Below, one piece after another: positions 39,869 through 53,050 of a stretch of 64,000 nt of DNA (its first letter is position 1; each line of letters starts with the position of its first letter). Where the stretch lies: NCBI GenBank assembly GCA_951804945.1, contig OX638150.1, positions 39,060,001 to 39,124,000 on the forward strand. The letters are read 5' to 3'. The DNA is from Podarcis cretensis (Eukaryota). Below the pieces are notes generated by a model. That model was not told where the DNA came from. It did not search any database and saw only the letters and a list, made by a program, of their open reading frames with translations. The translations under genes were made by a program, and so were the position numbers.

Positions 39869-40238
39869 GGATGCGGGTGGCGCTGTGGGTAAAACCTAAG
39901 TGCCTAGGACTTGCCGATGGTATGGTCGGCGGTTCGAATCCCCGCGGCGGGGTTAGCTCCCGTCGTTCGGTCCCAGCTCCTGCCCACCTAGCAGTTCGAA
40001 AGCACCCCTAAGTGCAAGTAGATAAATAGGGACCGCTTTATAGCGGGAAGGTAAATGGCGTTTCCGTGTGCTGCGCTGGTGCTGGCTTGCCAGCTGCAGC
40101 TTTGTCACTCTGGCCACATGACCCGGAAGTGTCTTCGGACGGCGCTGGCTCACGGCCTCTAGAGCGAGATGAGCACGCAACCCTAGAGTCGGACACGACT
40201 GGCCCGTACGGGCAGGGGTACCTTTACCTTTACTTTAC
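39869..40238 (+). mobile_element. Full-length Sauria SINE
   Basis: A/B boxes, (ACCTTT)n tail, perfect 19-bp TSD TTTATTATTTTAATAAGTG at 39850-39868 and 40239-40257. Confidence 0.93.
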
Positions 40239-40498
40239 TTTATTATTTTAATAAGTGATGTAACAGTAAGCAAGCAGCAACTGACCACAGGCAACTTCCC
40301 TGAGGAACATTGAAGAAGCCTTCTTAAGTTGTGGCTGCTAGGTGCTATTCCCTACAGAAGAGAAATGCATTTGAAAGTTAATATCTTACATTTTTGAAGT
40401 ACACTACATTAATGTTTTTGAAGGGGATACACATAATGTATGAGAAAACTCTTTGACCTTTTCGGAATATAATAAATATTCCAAGTTTCTCTTTCTAG

Positions 40499-40647
40499 GT
40501 ATCAACGGGGTTTCCGATCTTTAGCTGCAAATTTGCAGTTTTCTGCAAGTAGTCCTGCTGTACAGGAAGCAATAAATGCAACGGCTGTCAAGGAGGAGGA
40601 GGAAGAAGAGGAATATGACATCCCAGGAGAGGTTGAAAATGTTATAG
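40499..40647 (+). CDS. TBCD: TBCD coding exon 10 ([13 protein letters not shown]...[18 protein letters not shown])
   Basis: 149 nt, YQRG.RSLAANL motif plus acidic linker, AG/GT boundaries. Confidence 0.95.
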
Positions 40648-41459
40648 GTGTGTTTGATGAAAATGGGAAGCAGTGTAAAGTCTGATACCATAGCCAGTGT
40701 GAACATGGGGTTGTATCCCATTAGTGTAAGGACTTCTGGCTGTATAGCAGGCCTTTATTTTTTCTTCCTGCAAACCCCCTCCCCCCATCTAATCTAGGGG
40801 AAACCTGCAGAACAGATTTGGGTAAGGTGTGTGTGGGGGGGCACACAGGGAGAGAAGAGGATGAGGAAATCACTTTGTGCAGGCTTATCTCTTCAGATGG
40901 GATGGCTTCACTAAATACAGCTGTGGTTTCTTTGTTTGCTTCTAAGGATCTCCTTCCTCCTTATGGTTAACCTGCAAAGCAAGAATATAAATGATTTAAG
41001 CCAAGGTCTCTTTTAACATTTAAGGGGTAATGGTGCTATAATTCTTGTAGGTGCTCTTGACTTTTGCTTTTCTCTCTGCCTCCCTTTCCTGTCGGTGGTT
41101 GCTGATAGCGTCACTTTGTGCTGCGTTGTGCATCCTTTCCTGCCTTCTTACAATGTTTTGAATGTTCTATCATTCTTAAAAAGATATATTTTCCCCTCAC
41201 TTTTTTGAATAAAAAGGTGTCTGTTCACTGTCCATTGTATTCTCTTCAGCAAAGATAAATAAAAGCTTTTATTTCCTTCCAATGCCACCCTCAGGAGGAA
41301 GGCACCACAAATACCTTTCATTGAGACGGGTTTGAGGATATCTCTTGATGTGGCTAGAACTAGTGAAGCGGTGAATGAAGGCCACTTATTTTCCCCAGGA
41401 TAAGGAGCCTGATCTAGAAAGGGCCTGTGAACAAAATATAGACCTATGGATGCTTTTAG

Positions 41460-41603
<144 letters not shown>

Positions 41604-42708
41604 TAAATATCCATTAACTAAAGCCACATGGTTGGTTGGTTATTTGAATTCAGTGCCAGCTCTTACTACCACCTACCTCCTGTTTTCTAGGCTCCCAAGT
41701 CCACAGATCTTCCCTTTGTACTAATTAATTACTGGACTTTTTGGGAGGTTTGTCCTCAAGCAGCCATATTGGGCAGCTGATTCTAGAGGCAGTACTGTAT
41801 TCTTTAAAGTATTCTTAAACACTTTAAAGGAAAATGAGCTCCAGTTCAGAGTAAGGAAGCATCATCTTTATTTTTTATGTCAGGGCAAATGTCTGTTGAG
41901 ACCTGTAGCATGCAGTGGCTAGGGATGCTGGGAGTTGTGGTTTTCAGCATCTGAAGGGCCACTGATTAGCCCTGGATCTCTGGCCTGGATGTTACACAAA
42001 GCAGGTATGGGGGGGGGGGTGGACAAGGAAAACAGAAGCAGAAAATCCAAAGACTGGGTGTTGAAGTGAGTTCTGCACTTCAGTCTCAGTCTGAAAATGG
42101 AGACTACAGATCAGTTTAGATTCTACTAGGTGCCTTCAGGTATCGGGCTACACCTAGGATGAGATGAAGAAGCAATGGCTGATCCCCATCTTTGAAAATC
42201 AGATGTGTCTCATGCCTTAAGCAAAACACACAGGTTCCTGATAAATCAGACAGCAGATGTAAAGTGACGCATAACAGTATTTATATTATTAAAGCCAGAT
42301 ATTAATTTTGGGCGGTGTACTAGGTAAGAGCAAATTGAAGCCAAATAAGTTTTACCTAGTGGTTGGAGGACAGGCACCAAAATGCAAAATTCCTCTTTAG
42401 GTAGTAGAAAATCATCTTCCTTTGGTTGCACTTTCCTCCTTGAATGGCTAAATAGGGCTATTATTCAAGGTACATAAAAAAGCAAAAGTAATCATGCTGG
42501 TCTACGAGGAAAGAACTCCACAGTTGGGCAAAATCTTTATTAGGACCACCCAAAAAGCTGTGTAAACAAGAACCTGCCAGAATAGAGGGGCCACAAGTTC
42601 TGTTCCTAGAACTCTGGAAGGTCTAAAAGAATGCACAGGATGATACCAGCTTCATTGTAGCATGTGACCAATAACAATTTGTGCATTGTTGAATCTAAGC
42701 CTTCATGA

Positions 42709-42873
<165 letters not shown>

Positions 42874-43096
42874 TAGTAAGGTGGATATGGATACAACAAT
42901 TAGAGCAGATGCATATGAGTGGAAACTCTCATTGAAAACACTAGCTTTTTTAAAAAAACTGGCATGAAGAATGGAAATAAGAATATCCTTTACATTGGTT
43001 TCTGATGTTTAAAAATTGCGCAATAAATAGAATATCATCATATTAAATAAGTTTGGTATCCCTTGAATATTAATTTTAGTAGAAAGTCCCATTGAA

Positions 43097-43440
43097 TGGG
43101 TTGTGCTGTGGGTTAAACCACAGAGCCTAGGGCTTGGTGATAAGAAGGTTGGCGGTTCAAATCCCTGCAGCAGGGTGAGCTCCTGTTGCTCAGTTCCTGC
43201 TCCTGCCAACCTAGCAGATCAAAAGCACGAAGTGCAAGTAGTTAAATAGGTACTGCCCCGGCAGGAAAGTAAACGGCATTTCCATGCGCTGCTCTGGTTT
43301 CGCCAGAAGCGGCTTAGTCATGCTGGCCACATGACCCAGAAGTTGTATGCTGGTTCCCTAGGCCAGTAAAGCGAGATGAGTGCTGCAACCCCAGAGTCAT
43401 CCATGACTGGACCTAACGGTCAGGGGTCCCTTTACCTTTA
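43097..43440 (+). mobile_element. Sauria SINE (more diverged)
   Basis: Homologous to 39869; TSD CCCATTGAA at 43088-43096 and 43441-43449. Confidence 0.9.
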
Positions 43441-43723
43441 CCCATTGAACATAATGGGGATTATTTCTCAGTATAAAAGTGCTTAGGCTTGGGTTGCACA
43501 TTTTTTAAATGGGGGTCAAAAGAAACAGTTTGGGAGAAATTGTTTTGCAGTTAGGGGAAAAATTAATATATTACTGTTACTGTTTGATGCCTGAAATATT
43601 TAGTTGCTATTGTCATGCTTTTGAAAGCATGCAATTACTGTGTACAACCAGCTTTCAGACAATAATATATCATCTTATTAAATTCAGAAAAATTAGTTTG
43701 AATGCAATCCTTACGTTTTCTAA

Positions 43724-43843
<120 letters not shown>

Positions 43844-44081
43844 TAACTAGGTCCTATCCATACTGCTTAACAAAAACAAAACAAAATAGATGACTTGTAC
43901 AATACAAGGTAATAAGCACAATCAAATGCATGAAAGATTTGATAGACTTTTGTCAGCTTCTGCTCTTGAGAATTTCTTACAGACTGGCAAGTATATTTTT
44001 CTTCCCTTAGTATCTTTCTCCCCCCCCCCCTTTATATATCTTGCTGACTTTGCTTTTATCTCCTGCTATTTCACAGGATTA

Positions 44082-44336
44082 CAGTCATACCTTGGGTTGC
44101 AGACGCTTCAGGTTCTGTTTTTTCGGGTTACGGACCCGCCAAAACCTGGAAGTACCAGAATGGGTTACTTCCGGGTTTTGGGGGTTGCGCATGCGCAGAA
44201 ATGCTAAATCGCGCTATGCGCAGAAGCGCTGAATCACAACCCGCGCGTGTGCAGACGCACCAATGTGGGTTGTGAACACTGCGGGTTGCAAACGTGCATC
44301 CTGCACAGATCACGTTCACAACCCAAGCGTCCACTG
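44082..44336. mobile_element. Tigger-like MITE, different subfamily
   Basis: TA-CAGTCATACCTTGGGTTG...CAACCCAAGCGTCCACTG-TA. Confidence 0.8.
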
Positions 44337-44927
44337 TACAAACTTGCTTTACTTTTTGGATCTTGTTTTCTTCTCCCATATTCTAAGTATTGCCAGACTC
44401 TGTTACCTCCCCCCCGCCAGCAATGCCTTTGATACGCTGCAGTATTCTTTGTGAGTGCTTCCTTTGGAATGTATTTGAAAAAGTCAGTTAGTCCACAGTG
44501 CTGCACTTGAACAGTGTATAAGGAGCATGTGGTTCCCTTGCCAACAACAGTTACATTAGATACCAGTTGGTTTCCAAACCCAATTCAAATGCTGGTTTTG
44601 ACCTTCATAGCCCTCATTGGCTTTGGACCAGGATACCTGAAGGATGTCTGCTCCAATACGAACTGCCTGGTTATTTAAATCTGCAAGTGGACTCTGTGTC
44701 CTGTGAAGTTAGATATCAGTTTAGTGAGAATGTGCAAGAGGGCCTTTTCAATGACTAAATAAATTTTGAAAATGTGTTTGTGTGTGTATAAGAATGTGCA
44801 ATAAACTACAAGAAGAAGTGCAATATCTCTATACTTGAACAAATGTAAGCTTTCTTTTTTGTAGTCTTGTTTTGGATTCTGTTTTTGATCACAAGACACA
44901 TAATAAAACAAAAGCGATGTAAACACT

Positions 44928-44938
44928 TTTATTTTAAT
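44928..44938 (-). terminator. Candidate ZNF750 polyadenylation signal
   Basis: Minus strand reads ATTAAAATAAA (overlapping ATTAAA and AATAAA), followed by a U/GU-rich tract (TTTTGTTTTATTATGTGTCTTGTG). Confidence 0.5.
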
Positions 44939-45474
44939 TTGCAAGTATAATACAAAGCATTTTACTGCAAGAGTAGAAAAGTTGTCATGGTAAAACTCAT
45001 GAAATAGAAAATTGCTCTCACCAGGTTTGCAAAACAGCCCCCCCCCCAAGCTTAGCATGCCATTATTTCATTGCTTACAAATTAGTATGGATGAAAAGTA
45101 CAGAAATAACTCCTTCACCACAGTGTACTTTCTTATATGAACTAAAATAAATATCCCCTTGGTCTTGTGTTCAGCAGGTGCTTGGTGTCTAAGGATATGC
45201 TCTTACAAGCATGAAAGCATTTGTGCGGGAGCATCACTCCACCTCTGTCATTTCAAACTCCTTTGAAAATCCCAACCTCGAGATTTGAATTAGTTTAATT
45301 TAAGGTGTGGTTTAAGTAATCCATTTGTTAAAGATGTGAAAGGCTGCATGGTAGCCCAGTCATATGAGTGAGGTACAAATAGTAAAATTATTAATTAATT
45401 AATTAAGATCACAGTTCAGTTGCAATGCTGTAATGCCAGTAACATCAATTCTAGTTCATAAGCTTACTGTTCTA

Positions 45475-47150
45475 GCCAAAGGCCATAACAAACTTGTAGC
45501 AATAGTATTACTAAAACAATACAGAACATATATCCATAATATGTCAACATCTGTGTTGTAAGAGAGAGAAAGAAGATACCAGAGACGCCAACAAGCTTAA
45601 ATCTAGCTTGATTTTGGTTTAAACCTCCGAATCAGCACAACATGTAGCTATTTTATTTAACTTTTTTCCTGATTTGTCTTGCAGCCAGTGCATTGAGGGC
45701 CACTCTGTGTTAGAAAGCTATTATTCTCACTCGAAAGAAGCTGAACCATTTCTGCCGGAATGTTCCCCATTGCTTGTGTAAACAAAGGTTTCAGAAAGCG
45801 ATCTCTTTGGTTTCTGTATAAGGGGCAGGCTAACAGATAAGGGGCAGGCTAACAGTGATGTCTCCCACCTGAGGTTGACCACAGATATGAAATCTGCATA
45901 CAGGAAACATGACTTGGAAACACAGCTCAATATAGGCTTCTCTTAAGGAAACTGGTGTTTCTAATTAGTTGTAGGTGCCTTCTAGATTCTGTGCAGAAGA
46001 GCTAATCCTTTAGTTAGCACTTATTCAGGGTCAGCACAGAGCCCAGTTCTGGAAAGTAAAAATAGTCTAAAACAACTTGGCAGGCTGCTTTCCAGTGTTG
46101 GTTATCACCCAGTTCCATAACAGAACAGAGCAGGAAAATGCTCCATTGGCATAGTAGCAATTCCTTTAATAACCTTTTAGCTGAGCGCAATCTGCTCTTG
46201 CCTTGATTGTTGGCTACCTGAGTTTGGTATGAAGAACAGCTGCTGATATTTCTAATGCTAGAGTGTATAGTTTCTGAAAAAAAATATACCGTATTCTGCA
46301 CTGTTTCCAAAGCTTTAATGGAGTTTGAATCAGATCCCCAGATTTCAATGCCATAGAGCATTTGAGTAAAAACTTTGCTACTAAATACCTTTAGGGCAGT
46401 TTCAATCAGCTGCTCTCCCTTGTCGTAACAGAACTTCATCAATGACCCAATATTTTTCTGCCTCCAAGAGGACATTTCCAAGAGAGGGCTTCACAAAAGA
46501 GTACACTCTTAATGAGTAAGTTTGTTCTATAGGTGGCAGATCTAAATATCATTTATACCTAGGACTCTATTAGCCAAGAATTATAATCTTGTCTTAGAGT
46601 AATTTATAGATAGGCTTTCTTATAAATAGACTTTCTTGTTTGCAGTATGTGCTGAACACCTGCAAGAGAATTTTGAGGCTCAATCGGGAAAGAGAGAAGA
46701 GCACTAAATCATCTGCATACATCATGATTGAGATATTTCTGTTCCTAATTACTGAAGAGGGGCAGTTTTTACTGGTTAAATATGGTACCAGATCATTAAT
46801 ATAAATAGCTAAAAAGATCGGGAGCCAGAATACAACCTTGCTTGACTCTCTGCAATGTTTTGAAGGCATAGCACCATTTAAACCTACTCTGACCCTCATT
46901 TTTGTGCTGCTTTATAGTTCTTGGATGAATAGCAGAAGTCTGCAGTCAATATTGGAAATTTGAAATTTCTCCCACAGTCTATTTCAATTAATAGAGTTGA
47001 ATGCAGCAGAAAGATTAATAAAGGCTTCATAAAGATTATTCATAATATTCTTAGTGTATTTTTTTTAGTATGTTTCAGAGTAGAATGTTGATCAGTGGTA
47101 CAGTGTCCTTCTTTGAACCCCGCTTGTTCTTCACAAATAATGTTATCTGT
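45475..47150 (-). mobile_element. Degenerate 5'-truncated LINE (RTE-X-like by motif recall; 3' boundary approximate)
   Basis: IICEEQAGF, IYINDL, YADDLVL, LYGIEIWG, LETVQN motifs with frameshifts and stops. Confidence 0.8.
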
Positions 47151-47938
47151 CCACGAATAATGTTATCTGTAACATCAGTGAAATCAAACTATTGTAGGTA
47201 TTGCTGAACTGACAAATGAGTTTTAGGATAGTGTATTAGTGCTGTCCAACATTGCTTCACACATTTCTACACACTAGATTAAGAAGGATTTACGGTAGGA
47301 TTATAAAAAGACATGACAGCACAGTTTAGATTTTGATTCATGGATGGCATCTTTGCTTTGTGCTGTTTGATTTTGGATAAAACTGACACAAATCTGTATG
47401 TTAGCAAGAATTAATATGAAGACTTCCAGGTCCAGAACTCAGCAACTACTAAGCTTTAAAAGCAAATGGAAATTGTCACAATTAGTTAAATTATAGAATA
47501 ATCAACAAAAGCATGTTGAATAACAAAAACTAAACTAAAAAGATTTGAGAACATTATGTGAGTCACAAGCAACGTATGATACTCCAATGTCATGGATAAG
47601 ATATTCTTAATTTTATAGTTTACACCTTTGGTAATAAAGGTGGATGTAAAAGTCATTCCACCATAGTGCATTTTAGAAACATATCATTAGCTTCAGTTTA
47701 CTTTTAAACGTTCACTCAGAAAATCAGGATACAGTCAGAAAATATTCAGGATGCTTTAAAACATAAATACAAAATTAAGAACAGTTTATATTTACATGTT
47801 TCAACCTATATGGATCAAATGAGTCTGCCTGATTGGAAAAATAGGAATTGTTACTGGAAACTTGTCTTTGCTTCCTGGTGGACAGCGTGCTTGTCAACTG
47901 CTCTTGTATGTAGTTGGTAGTGGATTAAACGTGAAGTA

Positions 47939-48641
47939 TTAAGATACTCTGGTTCTTTTTCTCAGAGTAAATACCCTACTGCAGTCATTTGTTTGTACTC
48001 GCTTTGTTCCTTGTTGCAGTTTTGCCACTTGTCTTTGATTGGTCCTTTTTTGTCCTTTTCCTTTTTGACTACTGTGACAGTCCTGAGTATCTGATGGTTC
48101 AGGAGCTGAATCTGTATACTGAGAATTGCTGTCCTGATTACTTTTCTGTGCAGTCTCTATTTGGACTTTACTAGGACTATAGGCAGCTAACTGACAAAGA
48201 GCAACAGCTGCAGTTTGTTTCTGCTCATCACAATGGTCAATTGTCCTAACTTCCTGAACTTCTTTCCTCTGCATCACGGTAGGGACCTTATCACAAGAAC
48301 CTTTCTCCATATGATCCTTAGGGCTGCAGTCCTCAGCTTCCAAATGTCCATTTTCAGTTTTTTGAGGTTCACTGTCTTCAGCTTCATAAGATGACCTCTG
48401 GAGGGGTTGTTTTATGTTGCAGTTGTCTTTTACGGAGAGATTCAGAGGCATTTCCTGAAGTTCCATAAAGTTTTGGTTTTCCACATGGAGAGCGTTTTTG
48501 TACATATGTTCATTAACAACATCTGGCTTCTTGGAAAGATTAAGTGGTACTATCCCCGTGTCGTCATCAGAATTGGACAGAGGGTCATCGTTCTCATTAC
48601 TTTCATGCTGTATATTTTCATTTTCATTAGTGACATCACTA
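47939..48641 (-). CDS. ZNF750: ZNF750 last coding exon (total 702 aa)
   Basis: Acceptor ttccccag; two PLNLS CtBP-binding motifs, KQTAAVALCQL, C-terminal basic NLS LRKRTRVS*. Confidence 0.96.
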
Positions 48642-50747
48642 CTGGGGAAGAAAAGAAAAGAAAAATCATTGAAAAATTCCATTATGTAATTAAAATCCGA
48701 TGTAGGACTAGTATGATATTTTGATTTACATACTGTGGCAGTAAAAGCAATGCAATGAATTGATTTAAAAGGTAACAGAATAAATTGTGCTAGTTTTAAA
48801 TCTCTATAGATTTAAAACCTAGTTTTAAATCTCTATAGAGATGAGCAATTTTTACATTTTTACTGCGATAAATTAAAATAATTTGTTGCAGCCAACCTAT
48901 TCTCCTGGAACATATTGAGAAGGAAATATCAACAATGTTTGAGGTCTATGAGAGCAGGACACAATAAATTGTATGCTCTACAGGTATTTTATATTGCAAT
49001 ACAAACAGCTGTTTAAGAGTGACATTAACCCATTTGACCATCCTTCTGTAATGAAAATGGTCCCAGGCTGATCCATCACAGGACTTATGAGATCAAGTTT
49101 GTTACACTTCTCTGCCTCGGAGGCCTAGTCTGGATATAAATTCAAAAGTAAAATAAAATAATAAATCTTAGTGTTTATTGGAAAGCTGGCAGGTCGCTGC
49201 AGTGGTCCAGTCTGCACATCATTGTAAACCATAGTTAATGATTGACTGTGTATATGTCAATCTCATCCACTTTGCTTCTCTCTGTTAGTGCACAGGAGAA
49301 ACAGACAATGACTCCTGGCTTAGTGTTACATTTGGACCAGGGATTTTGGTTTGTTCTGTCCAAAGAGACTATGATCTGTAGCCAAGGTTTGTTCTTGGGC
49401 TTTCTGGTTATGATTTATTGAAGTGAAACAAACCATAACCCATGGTTTGAGTATAATACGATGGTGCGAATCATGATTTGATCCTCGTGTGTGCAAACAG
49501 AGAAGAGTAAAGTGGGCAAAATTGGCAGTTCACTATGTTGTACCATATCAGGAGACCATTACCTTCTATCCTTCTTTAAAGATTGGGAAAATAATGAGAG
49601 AGAGAGCTCACCATATCCTTCAGTCTTGTTGCATGGGAAAGCAAAAAGGCTTATTTCATATTAAATGGCCTTCCCACTGAGATCATCAGCAGAGGTCTTC
49701 CTCTATATCCCACCACTGTCATGAATGCAGGTGTTAGGGACATAAGCAGGCCTTTGCTGTTGTAGCTCTTGAACTCAATTCCCTCAGGAGATTAGCTCAG
49801 TCCTCTTCCACAATAAGAGTTACATTTGCCATGCCTATGGCTTTATTTTTTTTTCTGCCTGGTATGTTGCTTTGACATGGCTTACTTTGTGCTACTGTCT
49901 TGGTTTCTTCCTGGTTGGTATTTTATCATTTTAATAGGTCTCCATTTTTATTATTACAGAATTTTAATCTTTTTTTAAAAAATCATATTCAATAGATGAA
50001 TGTCTGCCTCTACCTGAAAAACAATAATCTAAGGCTATACTATGCATTCTTTACTCAGGAACAAGCCCCGTTTAGTTCAGTGGAACTTCGTTCTGAGTAA
50101 AAGTGCATAACATTAGGTTGTGAATAGCAACATTCAGATTCAAATAGGAAAAACAGCAGAGATGTTAAACGCAACAATGATCAGTATAAAAATTAATAGA
50201 GCAAATACCATTTTACTATAATTCTGAATAACCACAATAATTACACCATCTCCAAGCATATTTCATCCACCCTTTGTCCACTTCCATATTTTTTTAAAAA
50301 ACCCAGCTGTATGGAACCTATGCCCGCCCCAGATGTTGCTGAACCCATCACCTCTGGCTGTTGGCCATATTTGCTGGGACTGAATGGAATTGTAGTTCAG
50401 CAACATCTGCAGGGCCAAATGTTTCTCACAACCTACTCTAAACTGATAAGGCAATCCTAACAAAGTTTACTCAGAAGTAAGCCTTACTGAATTCAGTTAT
50501 ATTTACTTGCAGGTAGTGGGGCTAAACATAAGTCTCATTCAATTTGATAGGACTTACTTCTGAGTAGACATGGCTAGGCTTGTACTGCTTGCCACTTGCA
50601 TATGTCCTATCTGCCTTGGGTTTACAAGTTTGACATGTAATAAAAACTGTCCCGGGAGTACTTGTGTGATGTAACCTAAGGGCATGTTTGTTCTCTCTCT
50701 CTCTTTAGTGTTTTGAAGAAACCCCACACAGATTAGAAATATTTTTA

Positions 50748-52187
<1,440 letters not shown>

Positions 52188-52884
52188 TCAATGATTAGAC
52201 TTTTTTGTTTTCCTTGCCCTAATTTATAAAATGTGGTTGATATCTTAAGTTTTCCAGATTTACTCCTAACTTTGAGGAGACTCTCAAAAATAATTATTTG
52301 AAGCCATTTCTTCTGGAGACATCAGAACAAAACAGCACGCAACAGGAAACTGGAAAACAGAAATTGTAATATTAGAATTTGAGAACTGAAACAAATACAT
52401 ATGTCAAATGCTTTATTCAAATGCACATTGTGAGAAACCTTCTGGTTCAAACAAAAAAGTCAATTTCCAACTTGGAAGCCTATGAGCAGGGCATGATGCT
52501 GATGACTATTTTCTGTTTCATGTCTCTGGCATCTGGTATTTTTAGGTTTACTGTCTTGTGAACATGAAGGTCTCATGAGCTGTCATCTAAGAGTCATTAT
52601 TTGACCTGTCCTCTACAAATTTGTAAACCCATCTAAGTTAGAAGCCATTACCCCACCCTATGCACTGTGTGAAATAAATTATATTTCAAAGAATTAGACT
52701 ACCAATGTTGTAATTTCAATTCCTTATCCTAACATTTAGAATTCATTTTTTCCCTCTATTACTGCTTATTGAGTTAACAATGTTCAGTGAGTTGTCCACC
52801 TAAATACCAGGTGGTTGGTTTTTTTTGGGGGGGGTGGGGGTTAGTCATAACCAATTAAGACCACATTGGTTTATGGGTGAATCT

Positions 52885-53050
52885 AGGACTCTTGCCCTAG
52901 TGTGCATTACTTTGCACTCACATTGAATTTCATTTGCCATTTTGTTGCCCATTCACCCACGATGGAGAGTTATTCACCATCTGCTTTAGATTTCACCATC
53001 CTGAATAACATGGCACCCTCAGCAAACTTGACAGTCTCATTGCTCACCTA
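52885..53050 (-). mobile_element. Old CR1 RT fragment
   Basis: Degenerate KFADD-like and NKCKV(M)HLG-like coding remnants on the minus strand. Confidence 0.55.

Noticed and set aside
50566-50690. p63-like half-sites in ZNF750 intron 2
   Set aside because: Partly within a repeat terminus; such degenerate matches are expected by chance
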